DNA of 64,000 nt from Thermoplasmatota archaeon. Its GTDB lineage: Archaea; Thermoplasmatota; Thermoplasmata; Lutacidiplasmatales; JAMCUS01. How positions within the stretch are numbered: the stretch's first letter is position 1; each line of letters opens with the position of its first letter. Position numbers and translations under genes: made by a program. The notes below the pieces were generated by a model that made no database searches, was not told the origin of the DNA, and saw only the letters and a program-made list of their open reading frames with translations. The DNA lies in NCBI GenBank assembly GCA_023379385.1, contig JAMCUS010000024.1, positions 30,776 through 94,775 of the forward strand, written 5' to 3'. Shown here in pieces: positions 9,847 to 20,365 of the stretch.

Positions 9847-9943
9847 TAAATTATAACACTCTATATTTAAAAATTTTTGATAAGACAAAGTTATGTAAAA
9901 ATATATATATTTAGATAAGATGATATGTGTAGCACTGAAATAT

Positions 9944-10028
9944 GGGCCGGTAGATCAGCTGGAAGATCGCTATCTTGGCAAAAGATCCAAAATGGTAGAG
10001 GTCGTGAGTTCAAATCTCGCCCGGTCCA
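9944..10028 (+). tRNA. tRNA-Ala (anticodon GGC) with a putative 12-nt intron after position 37
   Basis: Acceptor GGGCCGG/CCGGTCC with the G3:U70 Ala identity pair, discriminator A73, D-arm GATC/GATC, T-arm GTGAG-TTCAAAT-CTCGC. Anticodon stem CTATC...GGTAG encloses TTGGCA[aaagatccaaaa]T. Confidence 0.7.
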
Positions 10029-10235
10029 TTGCAACTATGATTCGTGGTGTGATTGCTATAAATTTATTTGATTTACCCAAACTTTCTCTAAATTTTAATC
10101 CATCATCGGTATAAGTATTTCTGTCATAGCTTGATACGGCTTGATACGTAAACTATATAATATAGGTCTACATTAATATCCCTATAATTAGTATAGATGT
10201 CCGTATTGAATAATCTGATTATAGAGGGTTAATCA

Positions 10236-11201
10236 ATGTATAGAAAAGGTAAACGATTTATTAAAAATAGAAAGGCAGTAGCGTCAGTAGTTGGCACCAT
10301 GATGGCTATGATGGTATTTCTAAGTATCTTTACACTTATAACAACGCAATACATTCCTGTGTGGATGCAATCTAATGAGATAACTTTTATAGACAATTCA
10401 ATAGGTGGTATGATTTCACTAGATCATGCCCTTACCATGGAGGCAATATCCAATACAACTCAGATAACAGAAAGAACTCCTTTTAGGATGGAATCTGCAG
10501 ATGTACCAGTACTGTCACCTCCAACAGCAGGTGTGTTGACTTTTAATCCTCTTAACGGGTTATTTTACGTGAGCTTTCAGGTACCAACATCCAGTACATC
10601 TTCCGGGCCTAGTGGTTTTACTACGTTTAATTTAGGAACCTATAACCCAGGTTCTCCATCAACAAATTATGGAGGTGGATACGGTGGAAGTGTAGATTAT
10701 TATGTTCCTGCAAGATATGTGCAACCTGAAAGGATCGTGTATGAAGGCAGTGCAATTATTGTATCAGAGAGCTCAGCAATGGTGGTAAAGGTATCTCCAG
10801 AATTCAAAATAATGACATATACTGTATCAGGTACCACATACTATGAACTTTACCTAGGAATATATGGACTTTATGGACAACCGGCAACAGGAAGTGGTCC
10901 TGGTATTCAGAGTATTTATACAACTTTACTTGGTGAACAGCAATATAAGGAAAATTATGGAACAAATCTCGAGTCTACCACAATAAATATACTTACACCC
11001 TATCCAACTGCATGGATTAACTATTTAAATGGATATCTTTCTATACATGATCCTGGATCATACAGTGTAAGTAATCCACCAAGTGCTGGCCCACCTGGTA
11101 GCAATGAATTTCTTGTAACTGTAACTATTACAGGGTTATCAGCAGTGAATATTGTAGTTGCAACTTATGGATTTAGTATGTATAGTGGTTCATCTCTATA
11201 A
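10236..11201 (+). CDS. archaeal type IV pilin-like protein (class III signal peptide), Ser/Thr/Gly-rich and probably glycosylated
   Basis: N-terminus 'MYRKGKRFIKNRKAVASVVGTMMAMMVFLSIF' (basic residues then hydrophobic helix), several N-x-S/T sequons, RBS AGAGGGTT upstream. Confidence 0.55.
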   Translation: MYRKGKRFIKNRKAVASVVGTMMAMMVFLSIFTLITTQYIPVWMQSNEITFIDNSIGGMISLDHALTMEAISNTTQITERTPFRMESADVPVLSPPTAGVLTFNPLNGLFYVSFQVPTSSTSSGPSGFTTFNLGTYNPGSPSTNYGGGYGGSVDYYVPARYVQPERIVYEGSAIIVSESSAMVVKVSPEFKIMTYTVSGTTYYELYLGIYGLYGQPATGSGPGIQSIYTTLLGEQQYKENYGTNLESTTINILTPYPTAWINYLNGYLSIHDPGSYSVSNPPSAGPPGSNEFLVTVTITGLSAVNIVVATYGFSMYSGSSL

Positions 11202-11211
11202 TGGTGATAAA

Positions 11212-12837
11212 ATGAGTGTAGATATGAGAGGTAGAAACGGCGTTAAGATCAGATTGCCAAAAAAGGAAATTGGTGAGTTTGTTAATTCTTTAAAAAAAAG
11301 CACGGGGTCCAATCCAATAACAGAGATACCTAAAATTACGGATCCTGCTATTGAAATACTTGAATTTAAACCAATTAGACCACCCTATTCGTATGCAAGA
11401 ATTTTATATAATAACAGATCTAAAGATTTTCTTTATGAAGCGATAGAACCTCATCTTAATGATGAGGAGCAGGAGTTCTATAATTTTATTGAAGAATCTC
11501 TTAAAAAAACATTAACGTACGATGTAGACCATCTAAAATATCAGGATAAAGAAGAATATCTCAAAGGGAATGTTGAATCCTTTTTGCAGAGTAGAGCTAC
11601 AAAAATCACACCAATACTGCGTGAAAAACTTATATACTATGTTTTAAGGGATTATATTGGATATGGTCCAATTGATGTGCTCATACGTGATGAAGAGGTG
11701 GAAGATATCTCCTGTGACGGTGTAGGTATCAATGTATATATTTTTCATCAAAAATATGAATCTATTAGATCAAATGTTATTATAAACTCAGACGAGAAGA
11801 TAAATTCATTCGTAATCTCTTTAAGTCAACGATCTGGAAAGCAGGCTTCCGTAGCAAATCCGATTGTAGATGGGACTACCACCGAAGGGCATAGATTGCA
11901 GGCTACCTATGCTAGAGAGATATCTACAAGGGGTGGTAGTTTTACGATACGACGTTTTAAGGAAAGGCCGTTTACTCCTGTTGATATTATCATCAGCAAA
12001 ACTGCCAGTGTTGATATGATGGTATACATGTGGGTGGCAGCTGAAAATGGTGAATCTCTTATAATCTGTGGAGGCCCCGGTGCTGGTAAAACATCTACAT
12101 TAAATGCTGTAGCTCTTTTCATACCACCTACCTCAAAGATAGTATCCATGGAAGATACCAGAGAGATCAATCTACCTCATGAAAACTGGATCCCTGGAGC
12201 TACACGATCTGGAACCGGTGAAAGGGGTATAGACGGCAGGGCACCAGGTGAGATTGATATGTTTGATCTTGTAAGAGCTGCCTTAAGACAGAGACCAAAT
12301 TTCATTATTGTTGGAGAGGTTAGAGGTAAGGAAACCTATACAATGTTTCAGGCTATGGCTACAGGACATACAACCTATTCAACAATGCATGCAGATTCCG
12401 TTAAATCAATGGTAAACAGGCTCGAGAATCCTCCTATCAATACACCAAGAATTCTATTATCAGCTTTAAACAATGTTATTATACAGCATCAGGTCAGGGT
12501 AGGTATGAATGTTGTAAGACGTATTAAACAGATTGTGGAAATTGTTGGATTTGAACCTGAAACAAATGAACTTATAACAAATACTGTTTTTGAATGGGAT
12601 TCCAACAATGATACTTTCATATACAGAGGGCACTCCTTCCTGTACGACAAAGTTATGGAAATGAAGAATTTAACACACGAAGAAATGGAAGAAGAGGTAA
12701 ATAGACGTGTTGAAGTTTTAAATTATCTGGTTAGTAGAAAGGTAGTAGATTTTAAAAAGTTTGCCCAGATCATCATTTCATATTACAAAGAACCACATGA
12801 AACAATTGAAAAAATAAGAGGTGGAAAATTTGCCTGA
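11212..12837 (+). CDS. FlaI/TadA/VirB11-family secretion ATPase (paralog 1)
   Basis: Walker A 'GGPGAGKTSTLNA', Walker B/Asp box 'IIVGEVRGKE', His box 'TMHAD'. N-terminal domain conserved with paralog 2. Confidence 0.8.
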   Translation: MSVDMRGRNGVKIRLPKKEIGEFVNSLKKSTGSNPITEIPKITDPAIEILEFKPIRPPYSYARILYNNRSKDFLYEAIEPHLNDEEQEFYNFIEESLKKTLTYDVDHLKYQDKEEYLKGNVESFLQSRATKITPILREKLIYYVLRDYIGYGPIDVLIRDEEVEDISCDGVGINVYIFHQKYESIRSNVIINSDEKINSFVISLSQRSGKQASVANPIVDGTTTEGHRLQATYAREISTRGGSFTIRRFKERPFTPVDIIISKTASVDMMVYMWVAAENGESLIICGGPGAGKTSTLNAVALFIPPTSKIVSMEDTREINLPHENWIPGATRSGTGERGIDGRAPGEIDMFDLVRAALRQRPNFIIVGEVRGKETYTMFQAMATGHTTYSTMHADSVKSMVNRLENPPINTPRILLSALNNVIIQHQVRVGMNVVRRIKQIVEIVGFEPETNELITNTVFEWDSNNDTFIYRGHSFLYDKVMEMKNLTHEEMEEEVNRRVEVLNYLVSRKVVDFKKFAQIIISYYKEPHETIEKIRGGKFA

Positions 12838-13834
12838 AGTTGAAAATCCTTTTGATAAAATATTGAAGAATAGAAAAAAGTCGTTGCAACTTGGTACGTC
12901 TGAAGGAGGAACCCTGGGTTCACATCACACAAAGGTGCCGAAGGGATATGCACCTCAATTTGTGAATATGACGAATTTACAAAAAACTGCATGGCAAAAT
13001 ATGCATAAATTCGTTGAAGGAATGACTGTATCACAGGAACTGGAAGACGATCTGCTGAAGGCACATATAAATCTCAGAGGTGAGGAATACCTTTCTTACG
13101 TTCTTTTTATTACCCTTGTATCGGCACTTGTGTCGCTGGTAGCAGGTATTGTTGTCGGTGTCCTCATGTCTTTTGCGTATCCACTATATAAATCAATTCT
13201 AGTATCTGTACTTATAATATTTCTCATTCCGTTTATAGTATATTTTATGAATATGAAATTACCATCTATGAAGGCATCTGCTAGAGCAAGGGACATTGAC
13301 AAAAGACTTGCATCTGCAATGGGTTTTATAGCCGCAATGGGTTCTGCGGATGTGAATATTGATGTTATATTTAAAGAGTTATCTAAACAAAAATTATACG
13401 GTGAAATCAGAAATGAAGCGTTATGGATAACCAGAGATACAGAGATTCTTGGTTATGATATCCTTACCGCCATGAAAAACGCTGTGGGTAGAACCCCTTC
13501 CAGAAAATTTCAAGATTTTCTACAGGGAGCTATAACAACAGTTACATCCGGAGGGCAATTAAAGCCCTATTTTATGATGAAAACAACTGAATATGAGAGA
13601 GATGCAAAATTGGATATGGCAAAAATGCTGGAAACCTTTGGTATGCTTGCTGAATCGTTCGTAACTGTCGTTGTTGCATTTCCACTCTTTCTAGTCGTTA
13701 TACTTGCTATAATGGCAATTGTTGGTGGAAACGGTGTATACATGATGAATATTCTGTGGATAATCGTGCTTGTTATGATTCCTGCGTCGCAGTTTATGTT
13801 TATATTTATCATGGGTAATATGACTAAAGCTTAA
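12821..13834 (+). CDS. FlaJ/TadC-like polytopic membrane protein (single T2SS-F domain)
   Basis: T2SSF-like cytoplasmic domain flanked by TM helices. GTG start overlapping the ATPase stop. Confidence 0.6.
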   Translation: MENLPEVENPFDKILKNRKKSLQLGTSEGGTLGSHHTKVPKGYAPQFVNMTNLQKTAWQNMHKFVEGMTVSQELEDDLLKAHINLRGEEYLSYVLFITLVSALVSLVAGIVVGVLMSFAYPLYKSILVSVLIIFLIPFIVYFMNMKLPSMKASARARDIDKRLASAMGFIAAMGSADVNIDVIFKELSKQKLYGEIRNEALWITRDTEILGYDILTAMKNAVGRTPSRKFQDFLQGAITTVTSGGQLKPYFMMKTTEYERDAKLDMAKMLETFGMLAESFVTVVVAFPLFLVVILAIMAIVGGNGVYMMNILWIIVLVMIPASQFMFIFIMGNMTKA

Positions 13835-13844
13835 GGTGTTAAAA

Positions 13845-14795
13845 ATGGTAAGAAAAGTAGCTGTTAAAGAAGAGATTCCGATGAAGACCATTCTGTGGAT
13901 TGTATCAATTACAATACTCATGATCTTTATTATACTAGCAGTTTTGAATATGGTACCCAGTGGTACTGGTAGCGGTACACTTGTAAATACCGCAATATTA
14001 TCAGGAGAAAGTGCTCCCAATAGAGCTATAGATATGACCTCCTTTGGTCTTATCATTTTTTTCATGATTATGGGGCTATATCTGTCCCGTGAACAATCGG
14101 AAGTTGCAGATATTGAAAAGAGATTGCCAGATTTTCTTCATGATGTAGCGGAAGCCGGAAGATTTGGAATGAATCTAGCAGATGCCATTTCGGTTGCGTC
14201 TACCGGTAAATATGGTTCTTTAACTGCTGAAATAAAAAAGATGTCTGCACAGATACGATGGGGTGTATCCGTAACTGATGTTCTTCATCAATTTTATGAA
14301 AGGAGACCCACACCGCTTGTTAACAGGATAACCTCTATAATTATAAAAGCGAATGAAGCTGGTGGTAACATTGCAGATATACTATCACTTGTATCACATA
14401 CTACTAAGGAGGTTCAGGAAATGGATTCACAGAGAAAGATACAGATGAGTACCTATCTTGCAGTTATATACATATCCTATTTTGTATTTATTATCACAAT
14501 CATCATATTGAGTTCCACCTTCTTACCAGAGATGGTGAAAGCTGGTCAGGGAATTGCCAAATCAAGTGCTGCAGCATTAGGTGGATCTTCACCGATAACA
14601 ATATCATATCAACTTATTCCCGAGATTGCAATTATTCTATTCGTTGCTGTTATGGTTCACGCAATAGGTGATGGTCTAATGGCCGGTGTACTTGATACAG
14701 GTCAGGTCGTATCTGGTATGAAACACGCAGGTATAATGTTGCTGATAGGGTGGATCATGATGAGGTTTCTTGTACCGCAGTTCAATAATGTTTAA
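13845..14795 (+). CDS. FlaJ/TadB-like polytopic membrane protein (single T2SS-F domain)
   Basis: Second T2SSF-type domain with TM helices. ATG at 13845 preceded by AAGGTG. Confidence 0.6.
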   Translation: MVRKVAVKEEIPMKTILWIVSITILMIFIILAVLNMVPSGTGSGTLVNTAILSGESAPNRAIDMTSFGLIIFFMIMGLYLSREQSEVADIEKRLPDFLHDVAEAGRFGMNLADAISVASTGKYGSLTAEIKKMSAQIRWGVSVTDVLHQFYERRPTPLVNRITSIIIKANEAGGNIADILSLVSHTTKEVQEMDSQRKIQMSTYLAVIYISYFVFIITIIILSSTFLPEMVKAGQGIAKSSAAALGGSSPITISYQLIPEIAIILFVAVMVHAIGDGLMAGVLDTGQVVSGMKHAGIMLLIGWIMMRFLVPQFNNV

Positions 14796-14809
14796 AGAGG
14801 TGTAAATTT

Positions 14810-16465
14810 ATGGATTTAAGTCTCATGAAAGGAGGATTTACGTTTAAAAAAAGTGCTAGACCTGTACGATTACCCAAAGGTTCAAAAAATGTATCTGAAG
14901 CAACTACAGATATAACGCCAATTAAGGCAGTAACAGAAAGTAATTTTAGTGAAATAGAACTGGATCCTGTTGAATTTCCTTATTCATATATCAGAGTATT
15001 GTACGATAATGTGTTAAATGAATACATATATGAATGTATTGAGCCACCCATGAAAGATGAAGAATGGGATTTTGTTACAGCAATTGAGGAGGAATTGGTT
15101 AAAAAGGTTCAATACATAACCATAGATGACAAAGAGAGTAAAGTGAAATATCTTATGGAACTCGCAAATGAAGTTATGCGTTCAATGGATATACACTTCA
15201 GTCCCCTGGTAAAGAGACGGCTTGAGTATTATATAAGAAGGGATTTTATAGGATATGGTATTATCCAGATTCCAATGATAGATACACAGGTAGAGGATAT
15301 CTCTTGCGATGGAGTCGGAATTCCCATCTATATTTATCATCGTAAATATGGCTCTATAAGATCCACACTAAAATTCACCAACGAAAAGGATCTTGATTAC
15401 TTTGTTGTATGGCTTGCACAAAGATGTGGTAAGCATATCTCTGTTTCATCACCTATGTTAGATGCAACGGTTCCGGATGGCTCAAGACTGCAGGCTACAT
15501 TGGGTAAATACGTTACAAAAAAAGGCTCATCTTTTACTATAAGAAGATTCAGAGATAATCCATTCACACCCATTGATATGATCAAGTTTAAAACAGCGTC
15601 TCTGGAAATGATGGCCTATTTGTGGCTTGCCATTGAAAGTGGACAATCCATGATGGTATGTGGAGGTACTGCAAGTGGTAAAACAACCACTATAAATGCT
15701 GTCCTGTTATTTATACCACCTCAGATGAAGATTGTATCTATTGAAGATACCAGAGAACTTAATCTTCCACACGAAAATTGGGTGCCGCTTCTTACCAGAA
15801 GTGGATTTGGTGCAAAAAATCCAATAACAGGTAAGTCTCCAGGTGAAGTGGATATGTTTGATCTTCTTACCACATCACTTAGACAGAGACCCCAGTACCT
15901 GATGGTGGGAGAAGTTAGAGGTGCAGAAGCTTTTATAGTATTTCAGGCCATGGCAACTGGTAAAACAAGCTATACCACTTTCCACGCAGAATCTGTTTCT
16001 GCAATGGTACATAGAATGGAGAATCCACCAATCAATCTACCCAGAGCTTTAATGACTTCACTCAATCTTGTATCACTTCAGGCACAGGTTAAAGTGGGTA
16101 ACAAAATGACGAGACGTGTTAAAGGGCTTACTGAGATTGTAGGTATTGACCCGGAAACAAATGAACTTATAACAAATACTGTATACTCGTGGAATCCTGC
16201 TGATGATTCATTTACCTACAGCGGTCATAGTTACATATATGAAAAGATAGCCTCATCCAAAGCATGGAGCATGAAGGATATGGAGAAGGAGGTTAAGAGG
16301 AGAGCCGATGTACTTAACTATCTGGTACTAATGGAGTCAAAGGGTACAAGAGAACATCCATTTACTTTCAAGGATGTAGCCAAAACAGTAGCGTGGTATT
16401 ATAAAGAACCACTGGTAGTTGCAGAAAATGCTAAAAAAATGCTTTCTGAGGAAGGTATAGGCTGA
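14810..16465 (+). CDS. FlaI/TadA/VirB11-family secretion ATPase (paralog 2)
   Basis: Walker A 'GGTASGKTTTINA', 'LMVGEVRGAE', 'TFHAE'. Collinear similarity to paralog 1. Confidence 0.8.
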   Translation: MDLSLMKGGFTFKKSARPVRLPKGSKNVSEATTDITPIKAVTESNFSEIELDPVEFPYSYIRVLYDNVLNEYIYECIEPPMKDEEWDFVTAIEEELVKKVQYITIDDKESKVKYLMELANEVMRSMDIHFSPLVKRRLEYYIRRDFIGYGIIQIPMIDTQVEDISCDGVGIPIYIYHRKYGSIRSTLKFTNEKDLDYFVVWLAQRCGKHISVSSPMLDATVPDGSRLQATLGKYVTKKGSSFTIRRFRDNPFTPIDMIKFKTASLEMMAYLWLAIESGQSMMVCGGTASGKTTTINAVLLFIPPQMKIVSIEDTRELNLPHENWVPLLTRSGFGAKNPITGKSPGEVDMFDLLTTSLRQRPQYLMVGEVRGAEAFIVFQAMATGKTSYTTFHAESVSAMVHRMENPPINLPRALMTSLNLVSLQAQVKVGNKMTRRVKGLTEIVGIDPETNELITNTVYSWNPADDSFTYSGHSYIYEKIASSKAWSMKDMEKEVKRRADVLNYLVLMESKGTREHPFTFKDVAKTVAWYYKEPLVVAENAKKMLSEEGIG

Positions 16466-16779
16466 ACCTATAGTACCTATAACCCATTAAATTGCAATTG
16501 ATTGCTAGATATGGCATTCTACGTACTGGGAAGTACATGCTACTTACAAAAACAGGGTTTACCAGCATTCAATTATCTATCGTAATTGCTCTAACGGTTT
16601 ATAATGAACATAGTTCTGAACATATTCTATTCAAATCTATTATATTGCGATGTGTCCTCTCTATCTTACCTCCTTAGTTAATGGATTCCCGTAACATGGC
16701 AAGGGATGTATGTCATATTGGTAAACAATCGTCAACCCAATACGACAATTTCAAATATTACTAATTAATCTATTCTGTT

Positions 16780-17409
16780 ATGGATTATCTGACGTTTGCC
16801 ATTTCAAGTTTTGCTGCAATATTCGCAATAGTTGATCCTTTAACAGCAATTCCTTTTTTTCTAGCACTCACTGAAAATTTTTCAAAAAATGAAAAATATA
16901 GGGTGATACTTAGATCTACCACCGTAGCAATAGCAATATTGCTTGTATTTGCACTTATTGGTAAATATATATTTCTTATTCTTAACTTCACTACAGGAGC
17001 TTTTAAAATAGCTGGTGGTATTATTCTTTTTATGGTTGCTATGGATATGATCCATGGTGAAAGATCCAAAACGAAGCTTACTGAAAAGGATAGGGATGAG
17101 GCACTTTCACGTGAAGAGGTAGGTGTGGTCCCCCTTGGTATACCTTTGCTTGCAGGTCCCGGTGCAATTACAACTGTTATGATCTATATGTCTTATGCAT
17201 CAGGTAATGCCCCAGCAATAATGATCCTGTTTGGAACTATACTTTTTATTGGAGCTCTAACCTATATCATATTCTCTCTTGCTGGTTCCATATACAGAAT
17301 AGCAGGTAGAACGGGAATTCTTGTATTTTCAAGAGTTATGGGGCTATTGCTGGCTGCAATATCTATTCAGTTTATTATAGATGGTATACTGTTAAGTTTC
17401 AAAATTTAA
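16780..17409 (+). CDS. MarC-family (UPF0056) integral membrane protein
   Basis: N-terminal 'FAIVDPLTAIPFFLALT' MarC signature. About 6 TM helices. Confidence 0.65.
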   Translation: MDYLTFAISSFAAIFAIVDPLTAIPFFLALTENFSKNEKYRVILRSTTVAIAILLVFALIGKYIFLILNFTTGAFKIAGGIILFMVAMDMIHGERSKTKLTEKDRDEALSREEVGVVPLGIPLLAGPGAITTVMIYMSYASGNAPAIMILFGTILFIGALTYIIFSLAGSIYRIAGRTGILVFSRVMGLLLAAISIQFIIDGILLSFKI

Positions 17410-17513
17410 TTTATATTTTACCATTAAATATTATACAATATCTGATAAAAAATCAAGATGTAATGAAAAAGTAGATATCTTTATATTTTATCGTTATATA
17501 CAGTTCTGTTGTG

Positions 17514-17924
17514 ATGTTAATGACAGATATTGATATGAGTCCTAAAAGATATTCAAAAACAGCCTTGAAGGAGCCAGGCATGTTTGCATGGGTTATGCAT
17601 AGAATAACGGGTATAGCAATATTACTTTTCTTTGGGTGGCATGTGATTGATCTTGTACGATTAGCGTATCAAAAGACAATAACAATAGCTGATCTTCAAC
17701 CTTTTTTTACAGGATATGTCACCATGATTCTAAACGGAATATTTCTTGGAGTAATTGTATTTCATGGCATAAATGGATTCAGGGTTATTTTGCACGATAT
17801 CTTCCCATCCCTGAATAAATATTATAAGCAAATTTTTTGGATATTTATGATTTTAGCTATAATTGGCATTGTTGTGACCTTGTACTATATGATACTATTC
17901 ACATCTGTTATTGCATCAAGTTAG
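17514..17924 (+). CDS. sdhC: succinate dehydrogenase membrane anchor / cytochrome b subunit
   Basis: Small 3-TM protein with a conserved His in TM helices ('WHVIDL', 'FHGINGF'), immediately upstream of sdhA. Confidence 0.5.
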   Translation: MLMTDIDMSPKRYSKTALKEPGMFAWVMHRITGIAILLFFGWHVIDLVRLAYQKTITIADLQPFFTGYVTMILNGIFLGVIVFHGINGFRVILHDIFPSLNKYYKQIFWIFMILAIIGIVVTLYYMILFTSVIASS

Positions 17925-17934
17925 GGGTTATTAT

Positions 17935-19641
17935 ATGAATAAATTTGATGTTATCATTATAGGTGGTGGTCTTGCAGGATTGCGAGCAGGCATTGAGCTT
18001 TCTGGAAATGCAAAGGTAGCCATGTTAACCAAGGTATATCCCATGCGATCTCACTCATCTGCCGCCGAAGGAGGTGTAAATGCGGCTCTGGGTAACAGGG
18101 GTGATAATAAAGAAGACAATGTGTATACACACACCTACGATACTGTTAAAGGCAGTGATTACCTTGCTGATCAGGACGCCGCAGAGATTCTTTGTAAAGA
18201 GGGCATTGACAGAGTATATGAAATGGAACACTGGGGAGTTCCATTCAGCAGGACTGAGGAAGGCAAGATAGCACAGAGACCATTTGGAGGTGGAAGCTAT
18301 GCAAGAGCCTGTTACGCCTCTGATAAAACGGGTCATGCCCTGCTTGAAACGATGTATGAACGAAGTTTAAAAGAGAATCTTTTTGTGTTCAATGAATATA
18401 TGGTGCTTAAACTTGTTGTAAAGGATGGTTATGTTCATGGTGTGGTTGCATTATCACTCAGGACAGGAGAGGTGGAGGGGTTTATAGCAAAAACCATTAT
18501 TATTGCCACAGGTGGTCTTGGCAGAATATACTCCTTCACTACCAATGCACATATAAATACTGGATTTGGAAATGCTATTGCTTACTGGGCTGGCGTAACT
18601 CTAAAGGATTCTGAATTCATACAGTTTCATCCGACTGGATTGCCTACTACTGGTATATTAATAACAGAGGGTGTAAGAGGCGAAGGAGGCATTCTTAAAA
18701 ATAGACTTGGAGAACGATTCATGGAAAAATATGTGTCTATGAAACCACCTGAGCTAGCTCCTAGAGATATTGTTGCCAGATCAATGATGATTGAAATTAA
18801 CGAAGGTAGAGGCTTTCCAGATATGGGCGGGTATCTCCATCTTGATGTTACACATCTTGACCCTGAAATAGTAAAGAAAAGATTAAGTCAGATCAGGGAG
18901 CTAACTATCAGTTTTATGGGTATAGATCCACTTAAAAAACCCATTCCTGTAAGGCCAGTTCAGCATTACTCCATGGGTGGTATTGGTACAGATATTGACG
19001 GTGCTACAAACATAAAGGGAATCTATGCAGCTGGTGAAGCAGCCTGTGTGAGTGTTCATGGTGCCAACAGGTTAGGAGCAAATTCCCTGCTCGAAACACT
19101 GGTTTTTGGAAGGAGAGCTGGTGTTGCGGCTCTTAATTACGTAAGAAATGAACGCTTTAATCCATCGGAAAGTTACGTTAATAGTGCAGTTGTTGAGATC
19201 AAGAGCAAAATAAAGGGTCTGTTTAATAAAAAGAATGGTGGTACTGAGTCTACAAAGATCATGCACGAGCTTCAGCAGACCATGGATAAATATGTAGGTA
19301 TATTCAGAAATCAAATCGGCCTTGAGAGAGGTATCGAGATAATTGCTGATCTAAAGAAGAGATTTGAAAAGGTGGGTGTTTCATCAAAAGGTACAACCTA
19401 CAACCTGGAGCTTATAAGAGTACTTGAACTAGAGGGTATGCTTGATATAGCAGAGGTAATTGCGAAAGGGGCACTGGCGAGAACTGAAACCAGAGGTGCC
19501 CATTTCAGAACAGATCATAAAGAAAGGGATGATACAAACTGGTTGAAACATACTATTGCTGAATATACACCTGATGGACCCAGATTTTCCTATCAACCAG
19601 TTCTGATCGGCAAATATAAACCTCAGAAAAGGGTGTATTGA
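17935..19641 (+). CDS. sdhA: succinate dehydrogenase flavoprotein subunit
   Basis: 'FDVIIIGGGLAGL' FAD fold, 'RSHSSAAEGG' covalent-FAD His region, 'HYSMGGI'. RBS AGGGGTTA upstream. Confidence 0.9.
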   Translation: MNKFDVIIIGGGLAGLRAGIELSGNAKVAMLTKVYPMRSHSSAAEGGVNAALGNRGDNKEDNVYTHTYDTVKGSDYLADQDAAEILCKEGIDRVYEMEHWGVPFSRTEEGKIAQRPFGGGSYARACYASDKTGHALLETMYERSLKENLFVFNEYMVLKLVVKDGYVHGVVALSLRTGEVEGFIAKTIIIATGGLGRIYSFTTNAHINTGFGNAIAYWAGVTLKDSEFIQFHPTGLPTTGILITEGVRGEGGILKNRLGERFMEKYVSMKPPELAPRDIVARSMMIEINEGRGFPDMGGYLHLDVTHLDPEIVKKRLSQIRELTISFMGIDPLKKPIPVRPVQHYSMGGIGTDIDGATNIKGIYAAGEAACVSVHGANRLGANSLLETLVFGRRAGVAALNYVRNERFNPSESYVNSAVVEIKSKIKGLFNKKNGGTESTKIMHELQQTMDKYVGIFRNQIGLERGIEIIADLKKRFEKVGVSSKGTTYNLELIRVLELEGMLDIAEVIAKGALARTETRGAHFRTDHKERDDTNWLKHTIAEYTPDGPRFSYQPVLIGKYKPQKRVY

Positions 19642-20363
19642 TTATGAAAAAAAAGATGAGAAAATTCAAAATATACAGGTATGATCCTGAAAAGGATAGC
19701 AAGCCTTATTACAGGGAATATTCAGTTGAGACTCATGAAGGAATGACTCTGCTTGATGCCATCATCCATATTTCTGAGAATATGGATCCATCTCTTTCCG
19801 TCAGATATTCATGCAGAATGTCTGTATGTGGTTCATGTGGTATGTCTGTTAATGATTCACTTAAACTTGCATGCAAAACGCAGCTAGAAACACTTCACGG
19901 AGATGTGTTAAAGATAGAACCATTGCCGTCAATGAAAGTTATAAAGGATCTTGTAGTTGATATGGAGCCCTTCCTGGATAATCTTAAAAAGGTAAAGCCA
20001 TATCTTATAACACATACACCAGATCCGGCAAAAGAAAGATTACAATCGGTTTATGATAGGGAGCTTATAGATAGCAGTGTGGACTGTATCCTGTGTGGTT
20101 GCTGTACCACATCATGTCCTGTATTCTGGACTGATAAAGGATACCTTGGACCTGCCGCAATCACAAAGGCATTCAGATTTCTGTATGACTCCAGAGATGA
20201 AGGATATGAAGATAGACTGCATGTTCTTGGAGGCGTAGGTGGTGTTGATAAATGCCATCATGCATACAGATGTGTTGAGGCATGTCCAAAAAACATCAAT
20301 ACAACATATGCAATAGACATGGTGAAAAAGCTTATACTTACAGGAAAAAGAGATACAGAGTGA
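19638..20363 (+). CDS. sdhB: succinate dehydrogenase iron-sulfur subunit
   Basis: 2Fe-2S 'CRMSVCGSCG', 4Fe-4S 'CILCGCCTTSC', 3Fe-4S 'CHHAYRCVEACP'. ATGA overlap with sdhA. Confidence 0.9.
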   Translation: MIMKKKMRKFKIYRYDPEKDSKPYYREYSVETHEGMTLLDAIIHISENMDPSLSVRYSCRMSVCGSCGMSVNDSLKLACKTQLETLHGDVLKIEPLPSMKVIKDLVVDMEPFLDNLKKVKPYLITHTPDPAKERLQSVYDRELIDSSVDCILCGCCTTSCPVFWTDKGYLGPAAITKAFRFLYDSRDEGYEDRLHVLGGVGGVDKCHHAYRCVEACPKNINTTYAIDMVKKLILTGKRDTE

Positions 20364-20365
20364 AC

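Noticed and set aside
9920-10114. 64-aa ORF overlapping the tRNA-Ala gene
   Set aside because: Explained entirely by the tRNA. The translation is G/R-rich junk.
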